A stretch of DNA of 45,198 nt from Flavobacteriales bacterium. GTDB lineage: Bacteria; Bacteroidota; Bacteroidia; Flavobacteriales_D; Crocinitomicaceae. The notes under the pieces are model-generated. The model was not told the DNA's origin, searched no databases, and saw only the letters and a program-made list of their open reading frames with translations. The translations under genes and the position numbers were made by a program. This document shows, piece after piece, positions 27,224 to 37,483 of this stretch; positions within the stretch are counted from its first letter, which is position 1, and every line of letters begins with the position of its first letter. The stretch covers positions 1 to 45,198 of the forward strand of contig JAKSBJ010000129.1 of assembly GCA_022361195.1 (NCBI GenBank), in the 5' to 3' direction.

Positions 27224-28459
27224 TTGAATGCTACCCTGAAAAAACTGCTGAACTGTAGCAAAAATGTTTTCCTTTTTCTGCTTTTAATTCCAGGACCTGG
27301 ATTTGGACAGTACGATTCTTATACAGACACTTTAGCCGAGATAAAACGGAAAAAAACACATTATGAATATTCCTATTATGATTCAGGCGAATTGTTATCT
27401 ATTGAGAGAGGACGCTGGAGATCAGACATTCCTATCAAGTCCTATTTTTATAAAAACGGTTATTTAAAAACTGATGTATTTATTGGTGCCACATACCACT
27501 ACTCTGAGTCTGTCAAAGATCAAATTGTGCAACGTCTTATAGGAAACCCAGATTACCCTGGTGCTCCAACATATGATTATAGGGATGGGGAATTGTATCA
27601 AATCACATCCTTAAAAAGAGTTAATAAAGGGATGACTAAAATCCCTTACATGATTTCAAAAGGACAATTTATAAAACAAAGACTTTACGATGGAACCATT
27701 AATTTTTATTCAGAAGATGATCAATTCCTTGTATCAAAAAAGGTGAAAAATGGAAAACAACAAGAAGGTTTAATTTATCAGGGAGAAATCTGTAATTTGA
27801 CTGATAGTACTGGCAAAAGACAAGGTAAATGGGTTGATTTGGGGCTAAAGAGTTATGAAGAGGATCTTTCGTCAGGAGATCTAAAAAACAAGTTTATCCA
27901 AAAAATTGAGTTCTATGAAGACGGAATTCCAGTTGACACAACTTTTCGTTTCTACAAGTCTGGGAATCTGCATAGCATCCATATCCACCAAAAAGACAGT
28001 ATTGCACCATACAGCATTCTTTACCGGGAAGATGGGACACTAAAACAAAAAATAACTTACTCAAAAGACCAAAATGGCCTTTTTTCCATCCTAACTACAC
28101 ATTATTATTCTGACTCAATACAGGATTGTATTGTTAAAAAGACAATTGAACGAAAAGGACAAGCATTTCCTAATTTCACCTATGCATTCAAAGACTGTCA
28201 ACTCTACTCCAAAACATCTACCCGACGAGAAATTTATCATAATGATGAAACAACAGAAATTGAAGAAATTATTGACGGAAGAACATATACCCGAACAGTA
28301 GAAATTGGGTTTGATACTCGGCCAATTCCTTACACCGCGGAAATTGGAACCTTTGATGATGAGGGGGTGAACCTAGTAAATGGGAAAATATGTTACTATT
28401 CAGCTAGAGGAGAATTATTACATTGCAAAGAGGTCATTAACGGTTTAATTATTGAATAA
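27224..28459 (+). CDS. Secreted MORN-variant (YwqK-like) repeat protein, 411 aa.
   Basis: A signal peptide (LFLLLIPGPGFGQ) is followed by repeated Y-x-x-G-x-L/K-x-x-x-x-Y units, for example YYDSGELLSIERGRW, FYKNGYLKTDVF, FYKSGNLHSIH and YREDGTLKQKITY. Confidence 0.5.
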   Translation: MNATLKKLLNCSKNVFLFLLLIPGPGFGQYDSYTDTLAEIKRKKTHYEYSYYDSGELLSIERGRWRSDIPIKSYFYKNGYLKTDVFIGATYHYSESVKDQIVQRLIGNPDYPGAPTYDYRDGELYQITSLKRVNKGMTKIPYMISKGQFIKQRLYDGTINFYSEDDQFLVSKKVKNGKQQEGLIYQGEICNLTDSTGKRQGKWVDLGLKSYEEDLSSGDLKNKFIQKIEFYEDGIPVDTTFRFYKSGNLHSIHIHQKDSIAPYSILYREDGTLKQKITYSKDQNGLFSILTTHYYSDSIQDCIVKKTIERKGQAFPNFTYAFKDCQLYSKTSTRREIYHNDETTEIEEIIDGRTYTRTVEIGFDTRPIPYTAEIGTFDDEGVNLVNGKICYYSARGELLHCKEVINGLIIE

Positions 28460-29191
28460 ATGAATAGGGTAATTCTGGCTACAAGCATTAAACGTTTTTT
28501 ATTTAGCTTGTTTATCACACTAGCTTTAGTTTCTTGTAAAAATGAAACTGCTGATTCTATTCCCACCTCCAAAAGTGATAGTGAAATACCAGAACAAGAT
28601 TCTCTGGATAGCTCCTCCAAACCGACTCTTTATACTGGGCAAAGTAGTGATTCTATCTACAGTTGTGATTTATTGATTGAGGGTGACAGTTCCGTTATTT
28701 TTGTTGTGAGCCAAAGAGAAGCCTGGATATATACTGAATATCGTGGGGAAATGACTCACTTAAAAGACTCCATTTACAAACTCGATTTGGAATTAGACTA
28801 TGGCCACTACATCTGCAGAGCCTGGCGACATGACAGTCTTCAACTCTTAAGAAATCCTAACCAATTTCCTGAATTGGATTCTGCCGAAGTATGGTATAAA
28901 AATGGAACTGTTTTAAACCAAAAAGTAATCAGTGATGATTATATTTCCTACCCTATTCCAATTGACAGCTTTTATCGAAAACAAAGTATCTATGTTGATC
29001 CTCATCACCAAAACCCAATTACCAATGAGGCTTTAATTTTAGGGATTCCCAGTATGTCATCATCCGAATTTATAAGAGGTGAAAAATTAAACTTTGAGCT
29101 GTTCTTATCAAAAGATAAGCTATACCCTGTTGACGAAAAAGTACTCCAATTTGGAAACTTTGAACTAACACTAGCTTCTACATTACCTTAA
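28460..29191 (+). CDS. Hypothetical lipoprotein, 243 aa.
   Basis: A signal peptide with a lipobox-like LALVSC is followed by a Ser/Asp-rich linker. Its start abuts the stop of the upstream gene. Confidence 0.45.
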   Translation: MNRVILATSIKRFLFSLFITLALVSCKNETADSIPTSKSDSEIPEQDSLDSSSKPTLYTGQSSDSIYSCDLLIEGDSSVIFVVSQREAWIYTEYRGEMTHLKDSIYKLDLELDYGHYICRAWRHDSLQLLRNPNQFPELDSAEVWYKNGTVLNQKVISDDYISYPIPIDSFYRKQSIYVDPHHQNPITNEALILGIPSMSSSEFIRGEKLNFELFLSKDKLYPVDEKVLQFGNFELTLASTLP

Positions 29192-29332
29192 GTTTCTTTC
29201 TTAACTATATCCCTTTTTTTGTGTCAGCCGCTCAAGAAAAGTGCCATCCCCTAAGTTATTTTGGACATAAAATAGGGTCTTCTTATTTTCAATGGAAATT
29301 ATTTAACCCCTATTAAGAGAAAGTAAAACTGC

Positions 29333-30043
29333 ATGAGTATTAAGGCGATCATCATTGAAGATGAAAAATCTTCCAGAATAGTATTAAAAAGTTATATCAA
29401 TCGGTATTTCCCTGATGTAATTGTTGAGTCAGAACAGGATACGGTAGAAGGGGCTATTAACTATTTGCAAAATCATTCCCCAGACATTATCTTTTTAGAC
29501 ATTCAACTAAGAGATGGAATTGGCCTTGATATTTTTGAACGAATCAATTCTGAAAATCAACGTATCATATTTACAACAGCTAATTCGGAATATACTCTTA
29601 AGGCTTTTGAACTAAAGGCATTTGGTTATCTATTAAAGCCTTTTAGTCCTGTCGATTTTAAGAAGATCATGAACAGAATCATTAAGGACATTTCATACGC
29701 TGATATTAGTCAAAACAAGATAAAAGTCAATGTTAAACAAGGCATTGTATATCTCAACCCTCAAGACATTATCCGTTGTGAATCACAAAGTAATTACACC
29801 GAGATTTTTTGCAAATCATCGCACAAACCCTTTGTAATTGCCAAAACTCTCAAAATGGTTGAATCAATATTAACCAGTAGCCACTTTTTCTTTCGCATTC
29901 ATCAATCTCATTTGGTGAACTTTTCATACATCACCAAACCAATCATTAAAAACAATAGTATTGAATTAACTACTGGAGAGTTTTTACCCATTTCCAAATC
30001 GAGAAAATCTGATTTCACAGAATTTCTTGGGCGACTTAGCTAG
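29333..30043 (+). CDS. LytTR-family response regulator (REC plus LytTR DNA-binding domain), 236 aa.
   Basis: The receiver reads IIEDE...DIIFLDIQLRDGIGLD. The C-terminal LytTR region includes IIRCESQSNYTEIF and FFRIHQSHLVN. Confidence 0.8.
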   Translation: MSIKAIIIEDEKSSRIVLKSYINRYFPDVIVESEQDTVEGAINYLQNHSPDIIFLDIQLRDGIGLDIFERINSENQRIIFTTANSEYTLKAFELKAFGYLLKPFSPVDFKKIMNRIIKDISYADISQNKIKVNVKQGIVYLNPQDIIRCESQSNYTEIFCKSSHKPFVIAKTLKMVESILTSSHFFFRIHQSHLVNFSYITKPIIKNNSIELTTGEFLPISKSRKSDFTEFLGRLS

Positions 30044-30051
30044 ACAGATGG

Positions 30052-30801
30052 TTATTTAAACTGTTCTAAGAAACCGGCCTTACGATAACGGCTAACATTG
30101 AACTTTTCTCCATCCGTCATCTGCACTTTGCCACCTACTCCTTTATAATATTTAGTAATGTGTCGTAAATTGACGATGGTACTTTGATGAATTCGATAAA
30201 AACCATGTTCATACAACAATTCCTCATACTCTCCAAGCGTGGTACTTGTCATTATTTTACGATTTCCGGTTAAAATGAAATTGGTGTAATTTCCATCTCC
30301 CTCCAAACGAATGATATCTTCTACCAAAGAGACATCAAAACCTTTCATATGATTGATGATCAGCTTTTTGATCTTTCGTTCATCTTGATAATTCTCCATC
30401 AACACTTTAACCCGATTATTAGCTCCTTCTTTTAAAGCTTGTAAATGATTCTCCAAACGATCTACAACCACCTTAAGTTCATCCAATTTCATGGGTTTAA
30501 GCAAATAGCCAAATGCTGAGAACTGAAATGCTTGTATAGCATATTGATTATAAGCCGTTGTAAATACTACTTCAAAATCAACGTTCTCTATCTTTTGCAA
30601 TAAGTCAAAGCCCGTTCCTTCATGCATTTGTACATCCAAAAAGATAACATCCGGCTTTGTTTTTTGAATGACCTCTACTCCACTATTTACGTCATCTGCC
30701 TCGCCGACAACTTTTATGGGACTATTGGGTAAACGATCCAACATCCCCAACAACAGTCTCCTTGCCGGATTTTCATCATCAATTATTACTGTTCGGATCA
30801 T
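30052..30801 (-). CDS. LytTR-family response regulator, 249 aa, translationally coupled to the upstream kinase.
   Basis: The receiver reads VIIDDE...DVIFLDVQMHEGTGFD. The LytTR region includes IIRLEGDGNYTNF and FYRIHQSTIVN. It has an ATGA overlap with the kinase gene. Confidence 0.8.
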   Translation of the reverse strand: MIRTVIIDDENPARRLLLGMLDRLPNSPIKVVGEADDVNSGVEVIQKTKPDVIFLDVQMHEGTGFDLLQKIENVDFEVVFTTAYNQYAIQAFQFSAFGYLLKPMKLDELKVVVDRLENHLQALKEGANNRVKVLMENYQDERKIKKLIINHMKGFDVSLVEDIIRLEGDGNYTNFILTGNRKIMTSTTLGEYEELLYEHGFYRIHQSTIVNLRHITKYYKGVGGKVQMTDGEKFNVSRYRKAGFLEQFK

Positions 30802-32678
30802 ATTGGCACTTTTACGGTTACTAAGGTTCCTGGAGAAAGGCTTTGTACCTTTACTTTAGTTCCCAAACGTTGTTCGGTTATCTTCATTCCTTTAGATTCA
30901 TGCGTAGAGGACTTTACAACATTATCTATCCCCACTCCATTATCTTCTATTTCACAAATCAAATGACGAGCATTGTCTTGTATACGCATTCTAACTTTAA
31001 CCAGGCCCTTTTCTTTTTTTGGTAAAATCCCATGCCAAATTGCATTTTCAACAAAGGGCTGAATAACCATGGGCGGAACCTTTGTTCCCAATTTATCAAT
31101 CCGATCATCCAAATCAATCTGATACTCCAACATCCCAATATTACGTCCTTTTTCCAAATCAAGATAAAGACGTAACATGCTCATTTCTTCCTTTATAGTA
31201 ATCTTTTCTTTACCACTATTGTCCAATATTTTACGCATGAGTTTACCAAAGTCGCCCATATAGTCGTTGGCCATGTCTAACTCTCCCGTAATATACAATT
31301 GCTGAATAGCTCCTAAACTGTTAAATATAAAGTGAGGATTCATTTGAGCACGAAGAATTTTTTGCTCCATTTCGGCTTTATTTCTTTGCTCTTTGGCTCT
31401 TCGTCTACTAACGTAAAAAAGAATTACCATAATAAATGCAATACCTATGACGCTACCAGAAATCAACATAATTTTCCGCCTTTCGGCAATAGCATTTGCC
31501 TCAACTTCACGTTTTTCCAATTCAGCAATTTCCTTATCCTTTTGACTTGTTTCATACTTTGTTTGAAGCTCGTTGATTTGGTTTTTGACATCTTCCCCTG
31601 CCAAACTATCATCTAATGCATGATATTTAACATGCCACTCATAAGCTTCTTTATAGTCTCCATTAATTCGATAGGCATCTGAAAGGCCCCTATAAGAGAG
31701 TATTAACATAGGTAAGGTTCCTATTTGCTGGTTAATGGTTAAACTACTGTCATAATAGGCTATCGCTCTATTGCCATTTTGTAACTCACTCTCAATTCCG
31801 CCTAAATTATTGTAAATCATCCCAATTTCTGATTGTTGATTTAAGTGACGATAAATGTTCAATGCATCTGCATAATAAAACTTCGCACTATCCAATTCGT
31901 TGGTTTCTTTATAAATAACTCCAATGTTATTATTGAGAATGGCTATGTCATGAGAATTACTTACTTGTTTTGCCACCCTCAACGTTTGTTTGAGTTTATC
32001 CAAAGCTTTATTATATTTCTCCTGAGCAATATATACAGCAGAAACAGCATTCATACCTCTAACAATGCTGGCAGAATCACCGAGAGTCTCTCTTATGGAT
32101 AACGAACGTTGAAAAAAATCCAAGGCCTGATCATTTTGTCCAAGGCTAAAATGTACGTTTCCAACATTATGATAGGACTGTGCCTCTCCCACCTTACTCT
32201 CAACTTTCTCATAAATATCTGCTGCAGTCAGATAATAAGCCATTGCTTCGGGATAATTTCCCTGTATGATTTCTACATTACCAAGTCCAGTCATATTACC
32301 AGCTACACCAATATAGTGCTCAACAGCGGTGAAGCAATTTCGGCTTTTATGATACATCTGCCTGGATTTGTCATAATCTCCACGAAAATCATAATAGGAA
32401 CCATAATAATGATATGAGAATCCCTGCCCCTTTTTATAATCTAATTCCTGAGCCAAAGCCAGAGCTTTGTCCAAACACTCTTTTGCTTTTTCGGGTTCTG
32501 TTTTTGATTGAAGTTTATACAGTTTATTTAAGGCTATAACTTCATTTGTATCTCTTTTATTTTCGTTGACAAGCTCATATAACTCTTCAATGCTCTCCTG
32601 TCCAAAAACGTTCATCCCCACAAAGAAGAACCCCAGAAAAATCCATCCCTTTTTTAAATATCTTGTTAGTTCCTTCAT
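30798..32678 (-). CDS. Sensor histidine kinase with an N-terminal signal peptide, a TPR-repeat sensor domain, one transmembrane helix and a LytS/YehU-type His_kinase plus HATPase core. 626 aa.
   Basis: TPR-like repeats run through residues about 60-360. The TM segment is IMLISGSVIGIAFIMVILFYV. The LytS-type H-box reads QMNPHFIFNSLGAIQQL. The C-terminal ATPase region includes EDNGVGI. Confidence 0.75.
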   Translation of the reverse strand: MKELTRYLKKGWIFLGFFFVGMNVFGQESIEELYELVNENKRDTNEVIALNKLYKLQSKTEPEKAKECLDKALALAQELDYKKGQGFSYHYYGSYYDFRGDYDKSRQMYHKSRNCFTAVEHYIGVAGNMTGLGNVEIIQGNYPEAMAYYLTAADIYEKVESKVGEAQSYHNVGNVHFSLGQNDQALDFFQRSLSIRETLGDSASIVRGMNAVSAVYIAQEKYNKALDKLKQTLRVAKQVSNSHDIAILNNNIGVIYKETNELDSAKFYYADALNIYRHLNQQSEIGMIYNNLGGIESELQNGNRAIAYYDSSLTINQQIGTLPMLILSYRGLSDAYRINGDYKEAYEWHVKYHALDDSLAGEDVKNQINELQTKYETSQKDKEIAELEKREVEANAIAERRKIMLISGSVIGIAFIMVILFYVSRRRAKEQRNKAEMEQKILRAQMNPHFIFNSLGAIQQLYITGELDMANDYMGDFGKLMRKILDNSGKEKITIKEEMSMLRLYLDLEKGRNIGMLEYQIDLDDRIDKLGTKVPPMVIQPFVENAIWHGILPKKEKGLVKVRMRIQDNARHLICEIEDNGVGIDNVVKSSTHESKGMKITEQRLGTKVKVQSLSPGTLVTVKVPI

Positions 32679-32934
32679 TCAATTACAATTAGCTTAAAAG
32701 TATAGCATTAGCTAAATTCATCTCAAATCACAAAGAAAACTACTTTTGAATTAAGATATGGATTCAGACTTAGCGAATTCGTATACATTTTTTAACGAAA
32801 AAAGACTAAGTTCTCCTACTTTCAACAGAAAAGTACATTTTTCGTTACCGCTTTGAGAATAGTTTATTTTCTAAAGGAAAAATACAGGATTGTAGATTAA
32901 CAGTTGCCTGAGAGATGGCAATTGGAGTAATCAT

Positions 32935-33579
32935 TCACCTCTTTTGAAACTTAAATACAGCTCCAACCAACAGTGATGTGGGTCTGGACGATTTTGAAAA
33001 TTTGATTTCCGGATCGCCATTGGGACCATCTCTTAAATAGTCCTCTTTAATGACAGATGATGCATGTTGCCTTGCTGTTACGCTCAAAGCAAAAAATTTC
33101 TTCTTTCCAAACCAATAATAAGCTCCCAAATGAAAACCAGCTGTTACCCTTTCCTGTTTAGCTTCGGAAGTGGCATTCCCTACCGCGAATATTCCGCTGG
33201 AGTTATTGATTTGATAGGATGTGCTGCCGGCAAATAAAAAATCGCCATGAATTCCTGCGTGTAAATCAATGGTCTTACTTAATGCCATATTTACTGATAA
33301 ATTCATTCCTATTGTTCTGCGCTCGAGCAGGTATTTACCCACATCAGACGCAACCGAACGATAATTATCCATGGACAAAAACAAAGTGGGTTCAAATTGA
33401 AACTGATCTGTTCGGCCCAAGGAGGTTCCAACACTTCCGTAAACAGATGCTCCTAACAAATTTGGAGCACTCTTGTCAAAAATGAAATTGGGACCTGCAG
33501 AGGCTTTAAAAAGCAAAGGTGGTTGTGCCCAAAGATTTGAAAGGCTAAAGAAACATAATATGGTTATAATCAGTCGCAC
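32935..33579 (-). CDS. Putative outer-membrane beta-barrel protein, 214 aa.
   Basis: A signal peptide (ILCFFSLSNLWAQ) is followed by alternating hydrophobic beta-strand patterns and an aromatic-rich C-terminus. Confidence 0.4.
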   Translation of the reverse strand: MRLIITILCFFSLSNLWAQPPLLFKASAGPNFIFDKSAPNLLGASVYGSVGTSLGRTDQFQFEPTLFLSMDNYRSVASDVGKYLLERRTIGMNLSVNMALSKTIDLHAGIHGDFLFAGSTSYQINNSSGIFAVGNATSEAKQERVTAGFHLGAYYWFGKKKFFALSVTARQHASSVIKEDYLRDGPNGDPEIKFSKSSRPTSLLVGAVFKFQKR

Positions 33580-33636
33580 GGATGGATAACGTGATTTTGG
33601 GGTAGTTATTTTTTAGGTGGACACTAAGCTGGAACT

Positions 33637-35010
33637 TTACTTCCCAATACAAAAATTAGAAAAGATATTCCCCAACAAATCATCGGAGGAAATTTGACCG
33701 GTAATTTCACCTAAAAGATTGAGCGTTTCCCGAATATCCATGGCCAACAAATCACCTGGTATTTGCATTTCAAGCCCCTCTTCTACTTTCACCAATGATT
33801 CTTCACATCTCACTAAAATCTCATAATGACGAATGTTGGTAACAATTAACTGATCTTCGGCACTTTCGTTTTGAACGGTGGCCAACAACTGTTCTACCAA
33901 TTCATTGAGGTTCTCTTGTTTTTTAGCAGAAATGAACAAACCTTTATCCTTTAGCTTTTTAAAATCCTTTGATTTGGTTTTATCTACTTTATTGAAAAGA
34001 GCAATTAGGGTTTGTCCTTCTCCCAAAGTCTTTTGTTCAAAGTTTTCAATCTGCCCCAACACAAACTCTTCGCTAGAAGTGTCCAAATCAAACAATAATA
34101 GAACTACCCGGGCTTTTTTGATTTGTTCAAAAGCACGTTCAATTCCCAAGTTTTCAATGGTATCAGAGGTTTCCCGAATTCCAGCAGTATCAATAAATCG
34201 GAATTCAATTCCTTCCAATACAATGGTATCTTCAATTACATCTCTTGTGGTTCCAGCAATGTCCGAAACAATGGCCTTATCTTCTTTTAAAAGGGCATTG
34301 AGTAAGGTTGACTTTCCAGAATTTGGAGCACCTACAATCGCTACCGGAACTCCATTTTTACTGGCATTTCAATATTGAAAAGATTGACAAAGTGAAGTCA
34401 CCTTAGCTTTCACCTGACTCACCAATTCTTTTAATTGCGTACGATCAGCAAACTCAACATCCTCCTGAGAAAAATCTAACTCTAATTCAACCAATGAGGC
34501 AAAATCCATCAATCCCTGACGCAATTCTGAAATCTCTTTGGAGAATCCTCCTCGCATTTGATGCATGGCCAAACGATGAGCTGCGGAAGAATTCGCAGCA
34601 ATTAAATCTGCCACCGCCTCTGTTTGAGAAAGATCCATCTTGCCATTCATAAAAGCACGTAACGAAAATTCACCCGCTTGGGCCATTCGTGCTCCTTTTG
34701 AAATCAATAACTTCAACAGCTCACTTTGAATGTATTGTGAACCATGACAAGCAATTTCAACTGTGTCCTGTCCTGTAAAAGAATGGGGACCTTTAAATAA
34801 AGTAACCACCACTTCATCTAAAATATGATCACCCTTTAAAATTTTACCATAATGTGCTGTATGAGAAGCTGCATTTTCAATCGACTTACTAAAAATAGAT
34901 TGGGTAATTGAAAAAGCCTTTCCTCCCGACAAACGGATTAAAGAAATGGCTCCAACTCCATTGGCAGTTGAAAGGGCACAAATTGTATCTTCCTGATTTT
35001 TAAAGCTCAT
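33637..35010 (-). pseudogene. mnmE: tRNA modification GTPase MnmE (TrmE), interrupted by an in-frame TGA at 34369-34371. It is otherwise full length and colinear. The interruption may be a nonsense mutation or a sequence error.
   Basis: The N-terminal part (34369..35010) reads DTICALSTANGVGAISLIRLSG. The same frame continues after the TGA as NASKNGVPVAIVGAPNSGKSTLLNAL (G1 motif), DTAGIRE (G3 motif) and the terminal FCIGK motif. The two ORF-track ORFs are in the same frame, separated only by this codon. Confidence 0.7.
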
Positions 35011-35167
35011 CTTAATTCTGAGACAAATTTAGCATATCTGAGGATTTATGCCTATAAATTCGATCGAAGAACAATTCAAAAAATTTGTGGTTGAAAAAAG
35101 GAATTAATCCCTCAGGCTTTGAAGAATTAATTATTACATTTGAGAACTAAATTAATTAGATTAATAT

Positions 35168-36049
35168 ATGTCCGTTTTAGTTAATAAAGATTCCAAAATC
35201 ATAGTTCAAGGTTTTACAGGTGGTGAAGGTACTTTTCACGCCAGTCAAATGATTGAATATGGTTCAAATGTTGTTGGTGGTGTTACTCCTGGTAAAGGAG
35301 GACAAAGTCACCTTGACAGACCTGTTTTTAATACCGTTGAAGAGGCGGTGAAAGCAACCGGAGCTGATGTTTCCATCATTTTTGTTCCACCTGCTTTTGC
35401 AGCTGATGCCATTATGGAAGCGGCTAATGCAGGAATTAAAGTAATTATTGCCATTACCGAAGGAATTCCGGTAGCGGACATGGTAAAAGCCAAAGATTAT
35501 ATTTCTTCATACGATTGTCGATTAATCGGACCTAACTGCCCTGGTATTATTACTGCTGGAGAAGCTAAGGTTGGTATTATGCCAGGATTTATCTTCAAAA
35601 AAGGAGGAGTTGGAGTTGTTTCTAAGTCAGGAACATTGACTTATGAGGCTGCTGACCAAGTTGTGAAAGCTGGATTGGGAATTACAACTGCCATCGGAAT
35701 TGGTGGTGACCCAATTATTGGAACAACGACTCAAGAGGCTGTTGAATTGTTGATGGCTGATCCTGAAACTGAAGGAATCGTGATGATTGGTGAAATTGGT
35801 GGAAATCTTGAAGCTAAAGCTGCAAGATGGATCAAAGAAAATGGAACCAAGCCTGTTGTAGGATTCATCGCTGGAGAAACTGCTCCTGCAGGACGTACAA
35901 TGGGACATGCCGGAGCAATTGTTGGAGGTGCTGAAGACACTGCTCAAGCTAAAAAGCAAATTATGAGAGATTGTGGAATTCACGTGGTTGATTCCCCTGC
36001 TGAAATTGGAAAGAAAATGGCAGAGGTGTTAGGCGTGAGTGTAGCATAA
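35168..36049 (+). CDS. sucD: Succinyl-CoA synthetase alpha subunit.
   Basis: Matching regions are [20 protein letters not shown], the CoA-binding region, and GHAGAIVGG containing the phosphohistidine loop. Confidence 0.9.
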   Translation: MSVLVNKDSKIIVQGFTGGEGTFHASQMIEYGSNVVGGVTPGKGGQSHLDRPVFNTVEEAVKATGADVSIIFVPPAFAADAIMEAANAGIKVIIAITEGIPVADMVKAKDYISSYDCRLIGPNCPGIITAGEAKVGIMPGFIFKKGGVGVVSKSGTLTYEAADQVVKAGLGITTAIGIGGDPIIGTTTQEAVELLMADPETEGIVMIGEIGGNLEAKAARWIKENGTKPVVGFIAGETAPAGRTMGHAGAIVGGAEDTAQAKKQIMRDCGIHVVDSPAEIGKKMAEVLGVSVA

Positions 36050-36068
36050 TTTTCAAAATATATTATTG

Positions 36069-36101
36069 AAAGCGCCTCACGAAAGTTTGGCGCTTTTTTT
36101 A
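36069..36101 (+). terminator. Rho-independent terminator after sucD.
   Basis: The stem AAGCGCC...GGCGCTT is followed by TTTTTTT. Confidence 0.6.
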
Positions 36102-36111
36102 TTTCAAAAAA

Positions 36112-36630
36112 ATGGATTATTTCAACTTACAAAGCGAACGATTACAATTTAGAAAACTCAGCAGGGAGGATATTCCTAAATGGACGACCTTTTTCAATGC
36201 GAAAGGCAATGACAGTCTCCCCTACCTTGGAATTGACATGAGCAAAAGCGCTGAGGAGATTGCGACAGAGTGGATTGAGCTTCAGTTTCCACGTTATGAG
36301 AATGTAGGTTTAGGACATTTGGCTATTGAATTAAAATCAACAGGTGAATTTATTGGAGTAAGTGGTATAATCCCCAGAGAAATTAAGGAACAGGATCGAT
36401 TTGAAATTGCATATACCCTTCACCCCGATTTTTGGGGCAATGGATACGGTTCTGAAGCTGCTCAGCGACTAAAAGAGTTTGGAAAAAATCAACTCAAAAT
36501 AAAAAAATTCATTTCCATTATTCATATTAATAATGAACGCTCCATCAATGTGGCAAGGAAAAACGGAATGGAGGTACTCTTTCACCTTGAAAACTTTAAA
36601 GGAATGCCGGTTGATGTTTACGGCGATTAA
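36112..36630 (+). CDS. GNAT-family N-acetyltransferase (RimJ/RimL-like), 172 aa.
   Basis: Matching regions are ERLQFRKLSREDIP, IGVSGI and the acetyl-CoA motif FWGNGYGSEAA. Confidence 0.7.
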   Translation: MDYFNLQSERLQFRKLSREDIPKWTTFFNAKGNDSLPYLGIDMSKSAEEIATEWIELQFPRYENVGLGHLAIELKSTGEFIGVSGIIPREIKEQDRFEIAYTLHPDFWGNGYGSEAAQRLKEFGKNQLKIKKFISIIHINNERSINVARKNGMEVLFHLENFKGMPVDVYGD

Positions 36631-36695
36631 GTAACTAATTCAAGCTTATTTAAAAACAGTTTTCTTTTAAAGAATTCTTACGCTTCTCATTACAT

Positions 36696-37460
36696 TTGCC
36701 GCAAATTATTGAGACGATGAAATATCTTTTGTGGCTTTTTTTGTTGATTTCTTATTCGGGCTTTTCGCAAATTGTGAACATTGAAAACAAGCGTTTAGAA
36801 AAGAAAGAGGGTTTTTCGGGGAATATTGACCTGAACCTAAATTTTATCATGAATACGAAACAACTACTCCAGATTGGAGACAAGTTAAAGGTGGCCTATA
36901 CCAAACGTAAAAGTCATTTGTTATTAATTACTGACCATAGCTTTATTAAGTCAGAAGGACAAGATTTTGTAAACAGAGGTTATGAGCACGTCCGGTTCAA
37001 TTACACACTAAAAGATAGTGGGCGAATTGATTATGAAGTTTTTCAGCAGGGCCAATTCAATAAAATTCAGAAAATCAATCTTCGATTGTTATTGGGAACG
37101 GGATTTAGACTGAACCTGGTACGACAAAAAAAATACGACATGAATTTTGGTACTGGATTTATGGGAGAATATGAAGAGTTGATTGATAATGGAATTTCAC
37201 GAGATGTGTTGTCCAGCTCTTACCTTTCTTTTGACGCTCAATTTACACCTAGTTTTGGCTTTAATACCATCACCTATTTTCAACCCAAACTGATTGACTT
37301 TGGTAATTATCGTTTGGCGAATGAAAGTTATATACGTCTTAAAATCAATAAATATCTCACTTTTAAAGTGATTTATTCATTGGCACATGATTCACGGAAT
37401 ATACCAGATGTCCGTAAAACCAATTACACCTTAAAAAATACCCTGAGTTTTAAATTTTAA
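36696..37460 (+). CDS. Putative outer-membrane beta-barrel protein (DUF481-like), 254 aa.
   Basis: A signal peptide (LLWLFLLISYSGFSQ) is followed by an amphipathic beta pattern ending in a C-terminal F. Confidence 0.4.
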   Translation: MPQIIETMKYLLWLFLLISYSGFSQIVNIENKRLEKKEGFSGNIDLNLNFIMNTKQLLQIGDKLKVAYTKRKSHLLLITDHSFIKSEGQDFVNRGYEHVRFNYTLKDSGRIDYEVFQQGQFNKIQKINLRLLLGTGFRLNLVRQKKYDMNFGTGFMGEYEELIDNGISRDVLSSSYLSFDAQFTPSFGFNTITYFQPKLIDFGNYRLANESYIRLKINKYLTFKVIYSLAHDSRNIPDVRKTNYTLKNTLSFKF

Positions 37461-37483
37461 CCTCTTTAGCTTAGTTTTGTTTC

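Noticed and set aside
34369-34371. TGA in mnmE as evidence of an alternative genetic code (TGA read as Trp or Gly)
   Set aside because: TGA terminates well-defined neighbouring genes, for example the GH25 gene at 218-220 and several ATGA-coupled junctions. The code is therefore standard.
33878-34378. 166-aa plus-strand ORF spanning the mnmE gap
   Set aside because: It is antisense to mnmE, whose G1-motif-bearing frame reads through this region. I see no motif support for it.
35308-35983. Three minus-strand ORFs (61-118 aa) inside sucD
   Set aside because: They are antisense to a strongly conserved sucD coding sequence. Their Ser/Ala-rich composition is a compositional artefact.
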